Source: an uncultured Dehalococcoidia bacterium
GTDB lineage: Bacteria > Chloroflexota > Dehalococcoidia > Lucifugimonadales > UBA3495
Reading direction: 5' to 3'
DNA: 55,503 nucleotides
NCBI GenBank assembly: GCA_950072105.1
Contig: CATMOE010000020.1
Coordinates: forward strand, 1-55,503
A program made the translations under genes and the position numbers. The number at the start of each line of letters is the position of its first letter. Within the stretch, counting starts at the first letter, position 1. Shown piece after piece: positions 1 through 8,955 of the stretch. The notes beneath the pieces were generated by a model. It was not told the origin of the DNA. It was given only the letters and a program-made list of their open reading frames with translations, and made no database searches.

Positions 1-76
1 GCTCCTCCGCTACGTCGTGGGCTCCGTTCGCTTGCCCCTCCGCCACGTCGTGGGCTCCGTTCACTTGCTCCTCCGC
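1..76. repeat. 33-bp tandem repeat (2.3 copies visible) encoding E-[EG]-Q-[VA]-N-G-A-H-D-V-A
   Basis: 1-33 gctcctccgctacgtcgtgggctccgttcgctt versus 34-66 gcccctccgccacgtcgtgggctccgttcactt; a third copy begins at 67. Confidence 0.85.
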
Positions 77-1147
77 CGGAGGGTAGGCGGGCTTGGTGAT
101 CGTGGACCGGCTTTCCTGGTCTTGAGGGGAGGGTTGGTCCTCGAAGACTCGGCTGAATCCCTTCGCCCGGTCAGCCTCCAATCGCTTGAGGAATGCGTCC
201 TCGATCTCTCCGCCAGAGCGGATGGACAGTAGTTCCACCGATGAGCGGGAGACCAGATCCATCAACCGGTTAAGCTGTTGGGAGAAGTCCTTGTTGTCGC
301 TGAAGTTGACCCGGATGACGTCCGGGCTCAGACGCTCCCACCGGATGACCTGAGGGTCGGCAGACAAGGTTTCCAGGAACCCTTTCAAGTCCCCGGCAAG
401 TCCCAGGTCCACCACGTTTTCCCGCACGAATTGCTTCATCTCCAGGACTGAGCCAGAAAAGACTACCTTACCTTGGTTCAACACCCCGATGTAGTCGCAT
501 ACGTTGTCGGCGTCGGGTAGCAGGTGGGTGGAGATAATCATGGTCTTACCTTGGCTCTTCAGTTCTTGGATCAGGTCCAAGGCGTACTTGCGGCCCGTGG
601 GGTCGAGGCCGGCGGTGGGCTCATCCCACAGCAGAAGGTCCGGCTCGTTGACCATGGAGGCGGCGATGGCCATGCGGGTGGTCATGCCGGCCGAAAGGTT
701 GCCGATTCGAGTCGATGCGGCGCCCAATAGATCCACGGCGTGGAGCAGCGACGAGATGCGGCGGTGGCACTCCTTGCGGGGCATCCCACGTAGCTTGCCC
801 ACCAACTCAAGGTAGTTGATGGGGGTCAGGTTCTTGGGATAGTGCTCGCCCTGGGGCAGGTATCCTATGCGGCGGCGCAGGTGGCCGGTGGACAAGCTCA
901 TAGTCTCGCCGAACACCTTAACCTCTCCGGCGGTGGGATGCAGTAATCCAAGGATAAGGCGCAGGGTAGTGCTCTTGCCGGCTCCATTGGGCCCTACCAG
1001 ACCAAAGACGGACCCTTTGGGAATCTTGAAGCTGATGCTGTTGGCCGCTATCCAGCGCCGCTGGAATATCTTGGTTAAGTTGGTGGTTTCAACGGCGTAG
1101 ACCTCGCCACTCTGATTGTTGGTCTCAACAGGCTTTCTTTTAAACAC
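1..1147 (-). CDS. ABC transporter ATP-binding protein (ABC-2/drug-exporter type), 3' end runs off the window
   Basis: Not in the ORF track. Read manually from GTG at 1147 (GAAGGGGG upstream): Walker A GPNGAGKST, Q-loop YLPQ, signature LSAGM, Walker B LLWDEPT, H-loop ISTH, then an acidic low-complexity tail. Confidence 0.92.
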   Translation of the reverse strand, partial: MFKRKPVETNNQSGEVYAVETTNLTKIFQRRWIAANSISFKIPKGSVFGLVGPNGAGKSTTLRLILGLLHPTAGEVKVFGETMSLSTGHLRRRIGYLPQGEHYPKNLTPINYLELVGKLRGMPRKECHRRISSLLHAVDLLGAASTRIGNLSAGMTTRMAIAASMVNEPDLLLWDEPTAGLDPTGRKYALDLIQELKSQGKTMIISTHLLPDADNVCDYIGVLNQGKVVFSGSVLEMKQFVRENVVDLGLAGDLKGFLETLSADPQVIRWERLSPDVIRVNFSDNKDFSQQLNRLMDLVSRSSVELLSIRSGGEIEDAFLKRLEADRAKGFSRVFEDQPSPQDQESRSTITKPAYPPAEEQVNGAHDVAEGQANGAHDVAEE

Positions 1148-1628
1148 GTTGTCCCCCTTCCCCCGTTCAGGTGACCCTCAAGCGCTCTGAGTTTAGTGGC
1201 TGTAGGGTGCGATTCCGCCACCCGGCTATTTCAAAAGTTACTATCCTCTTAACATAACGTTTGAGCAATATGCAAGGCCGTTTTTGAGCCGATTTTGATG
1301 CCAACGCGCCGATTGCCTTTTATAGGACATGAAACAAAGGCTTAACTTGATTCTCATGGCCCATATTGAGACTCGATAATTAATCGCAGCGGCCTTTGGC
1401 ACGGGCCGGGAGAGTTGCCAGGTTCCCTCTGGCAAGGCGTTGTTCTTTACCAAGCCGCGGAACACCACATAAACCCGCGGCCGCCGTTCCGGAACGACCA
1501 TATTCTCGCCGGAGCTAGGGCGCCGAGTAGTTTCGGCGATCTGTCCGGTTAGACCGATATAAAATGTCGTAATACGGAAATTATTCCGCCCTATGGAGTC
1601 TTACACACGGGAATATATCTTGTATTCT

Positions 1629-1637
1629 TGATATAAT
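1629..1637 (+). promoter_or_regulatory. Extended -10 promoter (TGnTATAAT) for the phosphofructokinase gene
   Basis: TGATATAAT in an AT-rich tract about 120 nt upstream of ATG 1758. Confidence 0.55.
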
Positions 1638-1680
1638 TGTCTGAAAAGCGCATTTAGTTCAGAAATCCGCAACAGATCAA

Positions 1681-1717
1681 AACGTCATTCCCTCCGATTA
1701 GCGGAGGGAATGACGTT
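1681..1717. repeat. Perfect 16-bp inverted repeat (hairpin) upstream of pfp
   Basis: aacgtcattccctccg-attag-cggagggaatgacgtt. Confidence 0.85.
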
Positions 1718-1757
1718 AGCAAATCCTTCGATGTGTTGTTAAGCGTTTGCAAAAGAG

Positions 1758-3059
1758 ATGGTTAATTTGAACAACGGATCCCGGCGTCTCGGCATTCTGG
1801 TGGGCGGAGGGCCAGCTCCGGGCATCAACAGCGTCATCAGCGCCGTAACTATCGAGGCTCAAAATTCCAATCTTGAAGTGATCGGTATTTATGCCGGTTT
1901 TGCCGGTCTGATCGAGGGCAATACTAACGACGTATGCCGGCTTACTATCCCCGACGTGTCGAATATCCACTTTCAGGGTGGTTCTATTCTGCGTACATCC
2001 AGGGCCAATCCAACACGCAACGAAGAGCACCTGCAAAGAGTGGTCCATGGGCTTAAGGAACTGGGGATCAACTACCTTGTGACTATCGGGGGGGATGACA
2101 CGGCTTTCAGCGCCTCGGAGGTTTCCAGGGTCGCGTCCGGAGCTATAAGGGTGGCCCACGTCCCCAAAACGATCGACAACGACTTACCCTTGCCCGCCAA
2201 CATGCCTACTTTCGGATATGAAACGGCGCGGCATGTGGGCACCGGGCTGGTGCTGAATCTGATGGAGGATTCTCGTACCACCAACCGGTGGTATTTCGTT
2301 GTCGCAATGGGCCGCTCAGCCGGGCATCTTGCCCTGGGAATGGGGAAGGCCGCCGGGGCCACGCTCACGATCATCGCTGAAGAGTTCCCGTCAGACCGAA
2401 TCACGATTGGCCAAGTGTGCGATGTGTTAGAGGGGGCAATCTTAAAGCGCCGGGTGATGGGAAGGGAGCGAGGCTTAGCCATCATCGCTGAAGGTATCGC
2501 TGAGAAGCTCGATCCGAGAGAGTTGGCCGATCTGCCGGGTGTAGTGGTTAACTATGACCAATACGGGCACATCCGCCTTGACGAAATACCGTTGGACAAG
2601 CTCCTCAAGCGCGAGATCCAGAGCCGTTTCAAAGAACGCGGGGAGGCTTTAGGCATAGTGGAGAGGACTATCGGCTACGAGCTAAGATCGGCTTCTCCGA
2701 TACCCTTTGACGTTGATTACACCCGCACGTTGGGACACGGAGCGGTAAGAGTCTTGCTATCCGCGTCCGCGGATAATACGGGAGCAGACGACGGGTTGGT
2801 GTGTCTGGAGGATGGACAAGTCAAAGTGATGCCTTTCGAAGAGCTACGTGACCCAATCACCAAACGTACCCGCGTCCGACGGGTGGATATACACAGTGAA
2901 AGCTACCAAGTAGCCCGGGATTACATGATTCGATTGGAGAAGGAAGACTTGGCGGATCCGGATATGAAACTCCGGCTCGCCACGGCCGCCAAGATGAGCC
3001 CTGATGAATTCGAGAGACGGTTCGCGCCGGTGGTGGGACTTTCAGGCGCGGACGATTAG
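1758..3059 (+). CDS. pfp: Pyrophosphate-dependent phosphofructokinase (PfkA family)
   Basis: GGGPAPGIN, GGSILRTSR, GGDD (PPi-type signature), PKTIDND, MGRSAG and GYELR motifs. Confidence 0.92.
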   Translation: MVNLNNGSRRLGILVGGGPAPGINSVISAVTIEAQNSNLEVIGIYAGFAGLIEGNTNDVCRLTIPDVSNIHFQGGSILRTSRANPTRNEEHLQRVVHGLKELGINYLVTIGGDDTAFSASEVSRVASGAIRVAHVPKTIDNDLPLPANMPTFGYETARHVGTGLVLNLMEDSRTTNRWYFVVAMGRSAGHLALGMGKAAGATLTIIAEEFPSDRITIGQVCDVLEGAILKRRVMGRERGLAIIAEGIAEKLDPRELADLPGVVVNYDQYGHIRLDEIPLDKLLKREIQSRFKERGEALGIVERTIGYELRSASPIPFDVDYTRTLGHGAVRVLLSASADNTGADDGLVCLEDGQVKVMPFEELRDPITKRTRVRRVDIHSESYQVARDYMIRLEKEDLADPDMKLRLATAAKMSPDEFERRFAPVVGLSGADD

Positions 3060-3166
3060 ACCATTGTCCCTCGGATATCGGAACGCCTCGTCCTCCCAAG
3101 CCCTGGCCTGACCTTGTCTCAATAGCCGGTGATACCTACATTGAGACACTCCAGTCCTTGGTGTCG

Positions 3167-4171
3167 CTAATAGCCTTCATGGCGGTGGACGATACCCAAG
3201 AGAGGCTCGCCATCAGCGAACCGGCGGATGTTTTCGATTCAGAAGATTGCCATTTCGTTAGCTACGCCGTCGGTAAACGCCGCAACATGAGGCGTGATAA
3301 TCGTGTTGGGCAAGTCCCAAAGCGGACTGTTCTCTGATAGAGGTTCAGCGTCTACGGTGTCCAGGGCTGTGCCGCCAATCATGCCCGTGTTCATAGCATT
3401 AACCGAAGCGTCCTCGTCTATCAACCCGCCCCGTGCCGTCTTAATGAGGAAACTCGTAGGCTTCATAGCCTCAAACTCTGCCTTGCCAAGAATCCCTCGG
3501 GTTGATGGAGTAAGCGCGAGGCAGAGGGCTACCACATCGGCTTCTCCCAATGCCTCGTGGAGTTCGGACCGTTCGAAGTAGCGATCGACGTGCTTGCTAT
3601 CGCGGGTGGTACGGGACATGCCCAATACATTCATGCCGAAACCAATTTTGCACATCCGGGCCAGGTTCTCGCCGATCTGACCCACACCCAATATTGCTAT
3701 CGTTTTGCCAAGCATCTGGGTTGATACACGAGGAACATTACCTCTGTCGTCCCTTACCCAGCGATGCTCTTCCTGATCTTTAACCATTGCAGGCATGTCT
3801 CTTGCCAACGATAAAATCAGTAGTACCGTATGCTCGGCTATCAGTGGCGCATGAGGTCCCTTTGAAGCTGTTCTAGCGACGTGCTCAGCAGCGATAAGCT
3901 CTGGGGTCAACAAGTCATCGGTTCCCGCAGGGATAGAATGAACCTAGCGGAGCCGTGAGCCTTGGTGCAGCACCTCTTTGGGAATCCCAAACCGAACGAC
4001 CATCACACCGTCGGCCCGGGGCAATTTTTCGAAGAATTGTTCAGCGTCCCTCGCGGTTTCGACGACGACGTTTGGGTGTGGATCTAAAAGCCTCGCCGTG
4101 GTCTCTTCATCAAACAGGTTCCAATAGCCTTCCGGCATCCCGATCACCACGGATAGCTTTTCACCGGGCAT
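3167..4171 (-). pseudogene. D-2-hydroxyacid dehydrogenase with two in-frame stop codons
   Basis: One frame from ATG 4171 to TAG 3167, interrupted by TAG 3944-3946 (LR*VHSIPAG) and TGA 3239-3241 (F*IENIRRF). GVGQIG Rossmann motif, ARG, EPL and TPH motifs, family-typical end LLGIVHRHEGY. Confidence 0.85.
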
Positions 4172-4250
4172 GAGATTTCACCTCTAAGAGTTATGCCGCT
4201 GGTAGCCTAAAGCAGATGGCATCTACGATCAATGGCCCCACATCCTTCTC

Positions 4251-4679
4251 CTAACCAGCCCTAGATGCCCTGACCCGGCTTCGCGCGACCAAGATGCTTG
4301 AAAATACAAGGGGCAGGGCTGACGGCAGGTAAAATATTCCGATCGAGAAACTTCCCAAGATGCAGAACCCCAGGAGTAGAACTGACGCGACCCACACGAG
4401 CACCCTGCGCCTGGTTTGGCCGGAATTTGTTTTTAGGATGGTTACCAAGGCCAACCCAGTTAGCGCGGCGGGGACCAGCAGTATCGGCAGCACGCCCCAT
4501 CCGTTAACTTCGATAAGCGTGGCGGTGGTCTTGGTGGGCTCGTTGGCGGCGGCGCCAGGAGCCGATGCGGTTACAGATACTCCCTGGTAGACAGGGCCAA
4601 ATACCAACCCGATGACAACCACCCAGGCCAGGATGTGGGCGATCGCCGTTGAGACGACCGCGGCATTGTGCCGTTTCAA
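4251..4679 (-). CDS. Hypothetical membrane protein (about 4 TM segments)
   Basis: 142-aa ORF with several hydrophobic segments, directly downstream of the nuclease gene on the same strand; start uncertain. Confidence 0.7.
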   Translation of the reverse strand: MKRHNAAVVSTAIAHILAWVVVIGLVFGPVYQGVSVTASAPGAAANEPTKTTATLIEVNGWGVLPILLVPAALTGLALVTILKTNSGQTRRRVLVWVASVLLLGFCILGSFSIGIFYLPSALPLVFSSILVARSRVRASRAG

Positions 4680-4708
4680 ACCATTTCACTCTCCAGAATA
4701 TTAAACGC

Positions 4709-5266
4709 CTAGGAACCAGGCTCGGTTTTTGACTCTTCTTCAGGAATCAAAGCCCATAAGCCCAAACGATTCCGGCGGGCCCCCTGCTCAAGCTCCAGGA
4801 GTTGGTCCGCATACAAGGTGTCGGGAGGCAGGCTAGCGGCCCTGGCGTAGCCTTCCGCCACCAGCACGGAGTTGACCATCTTACCGTCTTCCAGCCAGAC
4901 ATATCTCAGCAACCCATCCCGGCCATCGGTCTCGCTCACGTCCCTTTCCAGGTAGACGGTCTGGCCGCCCACGAGCTCTTTGTTGCGTTGCGATGCTTTG
5001 GCCGCGAAGGACCCGTCTCCAAGGATGTCGCCAGGTTTGGCGTTGCCTAGAGTTTCGGGAGCGTCGATTCCCAGGTAGGTGATCAGGTAGTCGGAGTCAC
5101 CCATACGAACTTCGATGGTGTCCCCATCGATGACCTTGACTACTTTCGCCGGAACCAGGGGGCCGGAGTCCAAGAAAACGGTCGAGGCCGGTTTGCAAGC
5201 CACCACTTCCAACAACAACAGGGTGGTCAGCAGGAGCCATCTGTAAACGTGGGCGCTCTTATTCAT
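4709..5266 (-). CDS. Thermonuclease (SNase) family lipoprotein
   Basis: VIDGDT, LGIDAPE, LRYVW, LVAEGYA and ARRNRLGLW motifs; lipobox VVAC. Confidence 0.9.
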   Translation of the reverse strand: MNKSAHVYRWLLLTTLLLLEVVACKPASTVFLDSGPLVPAKVVKVIDGDTIEVRMGDSDYLITYLGIDAPETLGNAKPGDILGDGSFAAKASQRNKELVGGQTVYLERDVSETDGRDGLLRYVWLEDGKMVNSVLVAEGYARAASLPPDTLYADQLLELEQGARRNRLGLWALIPEEESKTEPGS

Positions 5267-5299
5267 AATCTACGATGCCGGCCGGCGTAAGTAAGTCGC

Positions 5300-6145
5300 T
5301 CAGCGAAGAACTATTCGGGCCGTCTCTTCCAGATCGGCCAGGAGTTCCGCCTGGTCCGAACCCGCCAACCGCATCAATACCCGGTCTGCTCCAGCCTTTT
5401 CAAACTGGGCGATCAAGTCTTTATCAGCTGGTTGGCTATGCACTGTTATGTTGATCGAACTGGGATTCCGTCCAGCCGCCTCGGCCAGCTCTGAAAGAGA
5501 GGCGCGAGCCTTAACGATGTCTTCGGGGGTCGCGCCGGTGGGCATCCAACCGTCGCCCCATTGCACTACACGTTTGAAAACGTTGGCGGCGTTGCCTCCC
5601 AGCATTACCGGGGGATGAGGTTTTTGCGCGGGCTTGGGCTCGCAACGGACTTGAGGAAAGTCGACGTACCGGCCGTGGAATTCGGCGGTGTCCTTGGTCC
5701 ACAGTTCCTTCATGGCGAGCACGTGTTCCCGAGCCTGGGTCCAACGATGGTCGAAGTCCGCGCCCATTATTTCGCTTTCCTCGCGGAACCAGCCGGTGCC
5801 GATGCCGAAGATGAACCGGCCCCCCGAATAGTGGTCCAGCGTGGATATCTGCTTGGCTAGGTCCAGGGGATTGTGCTCGGTTACCAGGCAGACGCCAGTG
5901 CCCAGTTTCAGAGTTGTGGTGGCTGCGGCGGCAAAGGTCAGGCCGATGAATGGGTTGATCTGGTGGCTCATGAACTCCGGGATGGATCCATCGGCGGTCC
6001 CCCGGTATTTGGTGTTGTGATTAACCGGAACGACCGGATGTTCAGGTAGCCAGATGGATTCAAATCCTAACGACTCCGCCTTCCGGGCCAGTACGCCGAT
6101 GTCTCCATGCCGGCTGGATGCTACGCCACTAACTCCGATCTTCAT
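5300..6145 (-). CDS. LLM-class (probably F420-dependent) oxidoreductase
   Basis: GFESIWLPEH, LKLGTGV, AKQISTLDHYSGGRF, PKPAQKPHPP and GDGWMP motifs. Confidence 0.92.
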   Translation of the reverse strand: MKIGVSGVASSRHGDIGVLARKAESLGFESIWLPEHPVVPVNHNTKYRGTADGSIPEFMSHQINPFIGLTFAAAATTTLKLGTGVCLVTEHNPLDLAKQISTLDHYSGGRFIFGIGTGWFREESEIMGADFDHRWTQAREHVLAMKELWTKDTAEFHGRYVDFPQVRCEPKPAQKPHPPVMLGGNAANVFKRVVQWGDGWMPTGATPEDIVKARASLSELAEAAGRNPSSINITVHSQPADKDLIAQFEKAGADRVLMRLAGSDQAELLADLEETARIVLR

Positions 6146-6514
6146 GGCTCTTCCTTTTTGCTTCGGGTCAAATCATCGAACGCCATAGCCCGATCGAGCT
6201 GGACTGGATGCTAGATCTGTCCAGATCAGGCCCGGCCAGAGAACGTTGGAATCGTCCACGTTAGGTACGGTTGTTAATTATTATACCCTTGCGGATACAT
6301 CAAACAATCGGGTGGCAACCTAAATAAGTTTGCGCCCGCAATCAGCCGGCTGACTCTTGGACGGGATCGAATCGGCCACGGAAATATCGAAACCCGGCTA
6401 CCCCTTGATAGTGTCTGGGCGCTGGGATTACCATGGGGGTGGAATTCGTAACAATCAGTGGGACTTGTTATTTTGGGTCTGGAATGACCCTGGTATCTTG
6501 AACTAGGAGTGCCC

Positions 6515-7603
6515 ATGGAGCCCGAGATTATCAAATCCGGAGATGACGCCGGCAATCGCATGGTGGTGAAATTCACCTATCCCGACGGGGTCGTGATTCA
6601 TGGTATAGGTGTGCCACAAGCTTGGGATAGTCCTCTGGGGCCCACCTGGGTTTACGTGGTGGAAGGAGATCATCTGACCCTGGTGGACACCGGTAGCAAC
6701 GGTACCGTGCAACACCTGGAGGAAGGTCTCCAATACGTTGGATATCCCTTGAGCGCGGTGGACCGGGTTGTGGTTACCCACGGCCACCTGGACCATGACG
6801 GCAACTGCTTCGATGTCGTTGCCCGCAGTGGCGCCGAGCTTTGGGCCCACGAAGTCTATGGCAAGCTTTTGGGCGTAGGCCGCCGGGACGCGGATACCGA
6901 CTGGCGGCAGCGTTTTATCGATCTCCCTGAGTCCAAGGACTCGGAGTGGGACGATAGGATAAAGGACCACCAGGAGTTGAGCCAGAAGCTTTCGCTAACC
7001 AATCCGGTCGTTGACGGGACTGTTTCCGAGGATTTCACTTTTTATTACACGCCGGGCCACTCTCCCGACGAGTTGTGCATCCTATACAACCGGGTCTTAT
7101 TCTCCGGCGACCATATCCTCCCCCTGATAACGCCTCATCCCAGTGTGAGCTTAACCTATGAGATATTCCGGGACGAACTGCCGGAAGGCTACCAATACGA
7201 GAACCGCTACTACGGACTGAAGACGTTCATCAGGTCCCTCAAACGGGTCGCCACTCTAGGCAGCGACATTACCGTCATGCCGGCCCACCGGGCCTATTTC
7301 CGGGGCAAGTTCAACCCCATTGGCCTGGACCGGGCTTTGGTCATAGCGGACCATCACCGGGACAGGTGCCAGGACCTTATAGACATGGTGAAGAAGGAGT
7401 CCCTGGACCTGGCCACTGTGACCCGGAAGCTGTTCCCCCACTTGACGTTGGACAACCAACTTTTCCGCATGGCGTTCTCCGAAGCCATCAGCCACATCGA
7501 ACTCCTGGAAGACATGGGAGACATATCCTTGGTGGGCGAGGAAACCAAGTCGGTCAGGTGGAACGGCACGGAGAATTTCACGGCCTTCTTTGAGCACGCC
7601 TAA
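6515..7603 (+). CDS. MBL-fold metallo-hydrolase with probable C-terminal winged-helix domain
   Basis: THGHLDH, TPGHS, SGDH and PAH motifs; AGGAG RBS 5 nt before ATG 6515. Confidence 0.88.
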   Translation: MEPEIIKSGDDAGNRMVVKFTYPDGVVIHGIGVPQAWDSPLGPTWVYVVEGDHLTLVDTGSNGTVQHLEEGLQYVGYPLSAVDRVVVTHGHLDHDGNCFDVVARSGAELWAHEVYGKLLGVGRRDADTDWRQRFIDLPESKDSEWDDRIKDHQELSQKLSLTNPVVDGTVSEDFTFYYTPGHSPDELCILYNRVLFSGDHILPLITPHPSVSLTYEIFRDELPEGYQYENRYYGLKTFIRSLKRVATLGSDITVMPAHRAYFRGKFNPIGLDRALVIADHHRDRCQDLIDMVKKESLDLATVTRKLFPHLTLDNQLFRMAFSEAISHIELLEDMGDISLVGEETKSVRWNGTENFTAFFEHA

Positions 7604-7680
7604 CCCTCGCCCCGGCCCCTCTACTTTGGGGAAAGAGGTGGTTCAGATGAAATTAAGGAAGAAATAGGAGATCCGGTTTG

Positions 7681-8778
7681 CTACCGGGATGGCGGGGCAA
7701 ACTGGGCCAGTTCTCGGCCTCGCAGGTATTGGGAAGGCCAACCGATCTCGTCATCAAGCTCGGCCCGGGCGTTGATGGGCCAATAAGGGCTGCGCAACAA
7801 CTCCCGGCCCAGCAGAACCACGTCGGCATCTCCGTTAGTCAACACCTCTTCAGCCTGTTTCGATTGGGTGATCAATCCTACCGCTCCCGTGGCAATCTCC
7901 GCTTCTTTCTTGATTCGGGAGGCGAACTGTACCTGGTATCCGGGGAAAGGCTTCAAGACTTGATCGGGGGAGTTGCCTCCCGACGAGCAGTCGATCAAGT
8001 CGACTCCTTCGTCCTTGAGCCACTTGGCAAGCTCGATGCATTCGTCAATGTTCCAACTGCCTTCCACGTACTCCGTAGCGGAGACTCGGACGAACAATGG
8101 CATTGATTCCGGGATGTCCTCCCGGACCGCCCTGACGACTTGCAGCGGGAAGCGGGCGCGATTCTCCAAGGAGCCGCCGTAATGGTCTTGTCGTTTGTTG
8201 GACAAGGGCGATAGGAAGGAGCATCCCAGATAGCCGTGGGCCATGTGCAGCTCAATCACCCGCATACCTGCGTCCACCGACCGCCTCGCCGCGCTGGCGA
8301 AGTCTGCTACCACCCCGTCAATGTCCTCGATGGACAACTCATTGGGCTCCGCGTAGTTATCCTGGAATCTTATGGGACTGGGCGCCATAACCTCCCATCC
8401 ACCTTGGTCAAGGCCCAAAGTTGCGCCTCCGGCCCAAGGCGTGTCATGGGAGGCTTTCCGGCCGGCATGGGCAAGCTGAATGGCCGGCGTTGCGCCACGG
8501 CTGTTGATGGCGTCGACGATGGGCCGGTAAGAATCGACATGGGCGTCCGACCATATGCCCAAGTCCCGGGGCGAGATTCGACCCTCCGCTTGAACGCCGG
8601 TGGCCTCGACCATTACCAATCCCGCGCCGCCTACCGCCCGGGTGCCGTAGTGGATGGTATGCCAGATGCCGGGGCGCCCATCCTCGGTGTCGGACGAGTA
8701 CTGGCACATCGGCGAGACAAACACCCGGTTGGGGATGGTCTCGCCTCGAATTGTGATAGGTGTAAACAACAGGCTCAT
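7681..8778 (-). CDS. namA: NADH:flavin oxidoreductase / old yellow enzyme (NamA/YqjM type)
   Basis: VSPMCQYS, QLAHAGRK, HMAHGY, PGYQV and GRELLR motifs; start placed at MSLLFTP with GGAGGAG RBS. Confidence 0.9.
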   Translation of the reverse strand: MSLLFTPITIRGETIPNRVFVSPMCQYSSDTEDGRPGIWHTIHYGTRAVGGAGLVMVEATGVQAEGRISPRDLGIWSDAHVDSYRPIVDAINSRGATPAIQLAHAGRKASHDTPWAGGATLGLDQGGWEVMAPSPIRFQDNYAEPNELSIEDIDGVVADFASAARRSVDAGMRVIELHMAHGYLGCSFLSPLSNKRQDHYGGSLENRARFPLQVVRAVREDIPESMPLFVRVSATEYVEGSWNIDECIELAKWLKDEGVDLIDCSSGGNSPDQVLKPFPGYQVQFASRIKKEAEIATGAVGLITQSKQAEEVLTNGDADVVLLGRELLRSPYWPINARAELDDEIGWPSQYLRGRELAQFAPPSR

Positions 8779-8955
8779 AAGCTTCTGGTGCTCCTCCGGG
8801 CTAGATTGCAGGCGATAGTATAGAGGGAATCGGGATTTAGTGTCCACGGCGTCCGTCTTTCGACAAGCTCGCCAGGAACTGGGAGAAGATCTCATCACGC
8901 ACCGATAGGATTCCGGTTTACGATTACAGGGGAAGCGGTTAGCCGACGCTGTGCC

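Noticed and set aside
3239..3241. UGA in the dehydrogenase as a third Sec codon (a GGTTCGCT-GAT-GGCGAGCC hairpin follows on the minus strand)
   Set aside because: It is not a catalytic Cys position, and the same gene also has an in-frame TAG. Pseudogenisation is simpler.
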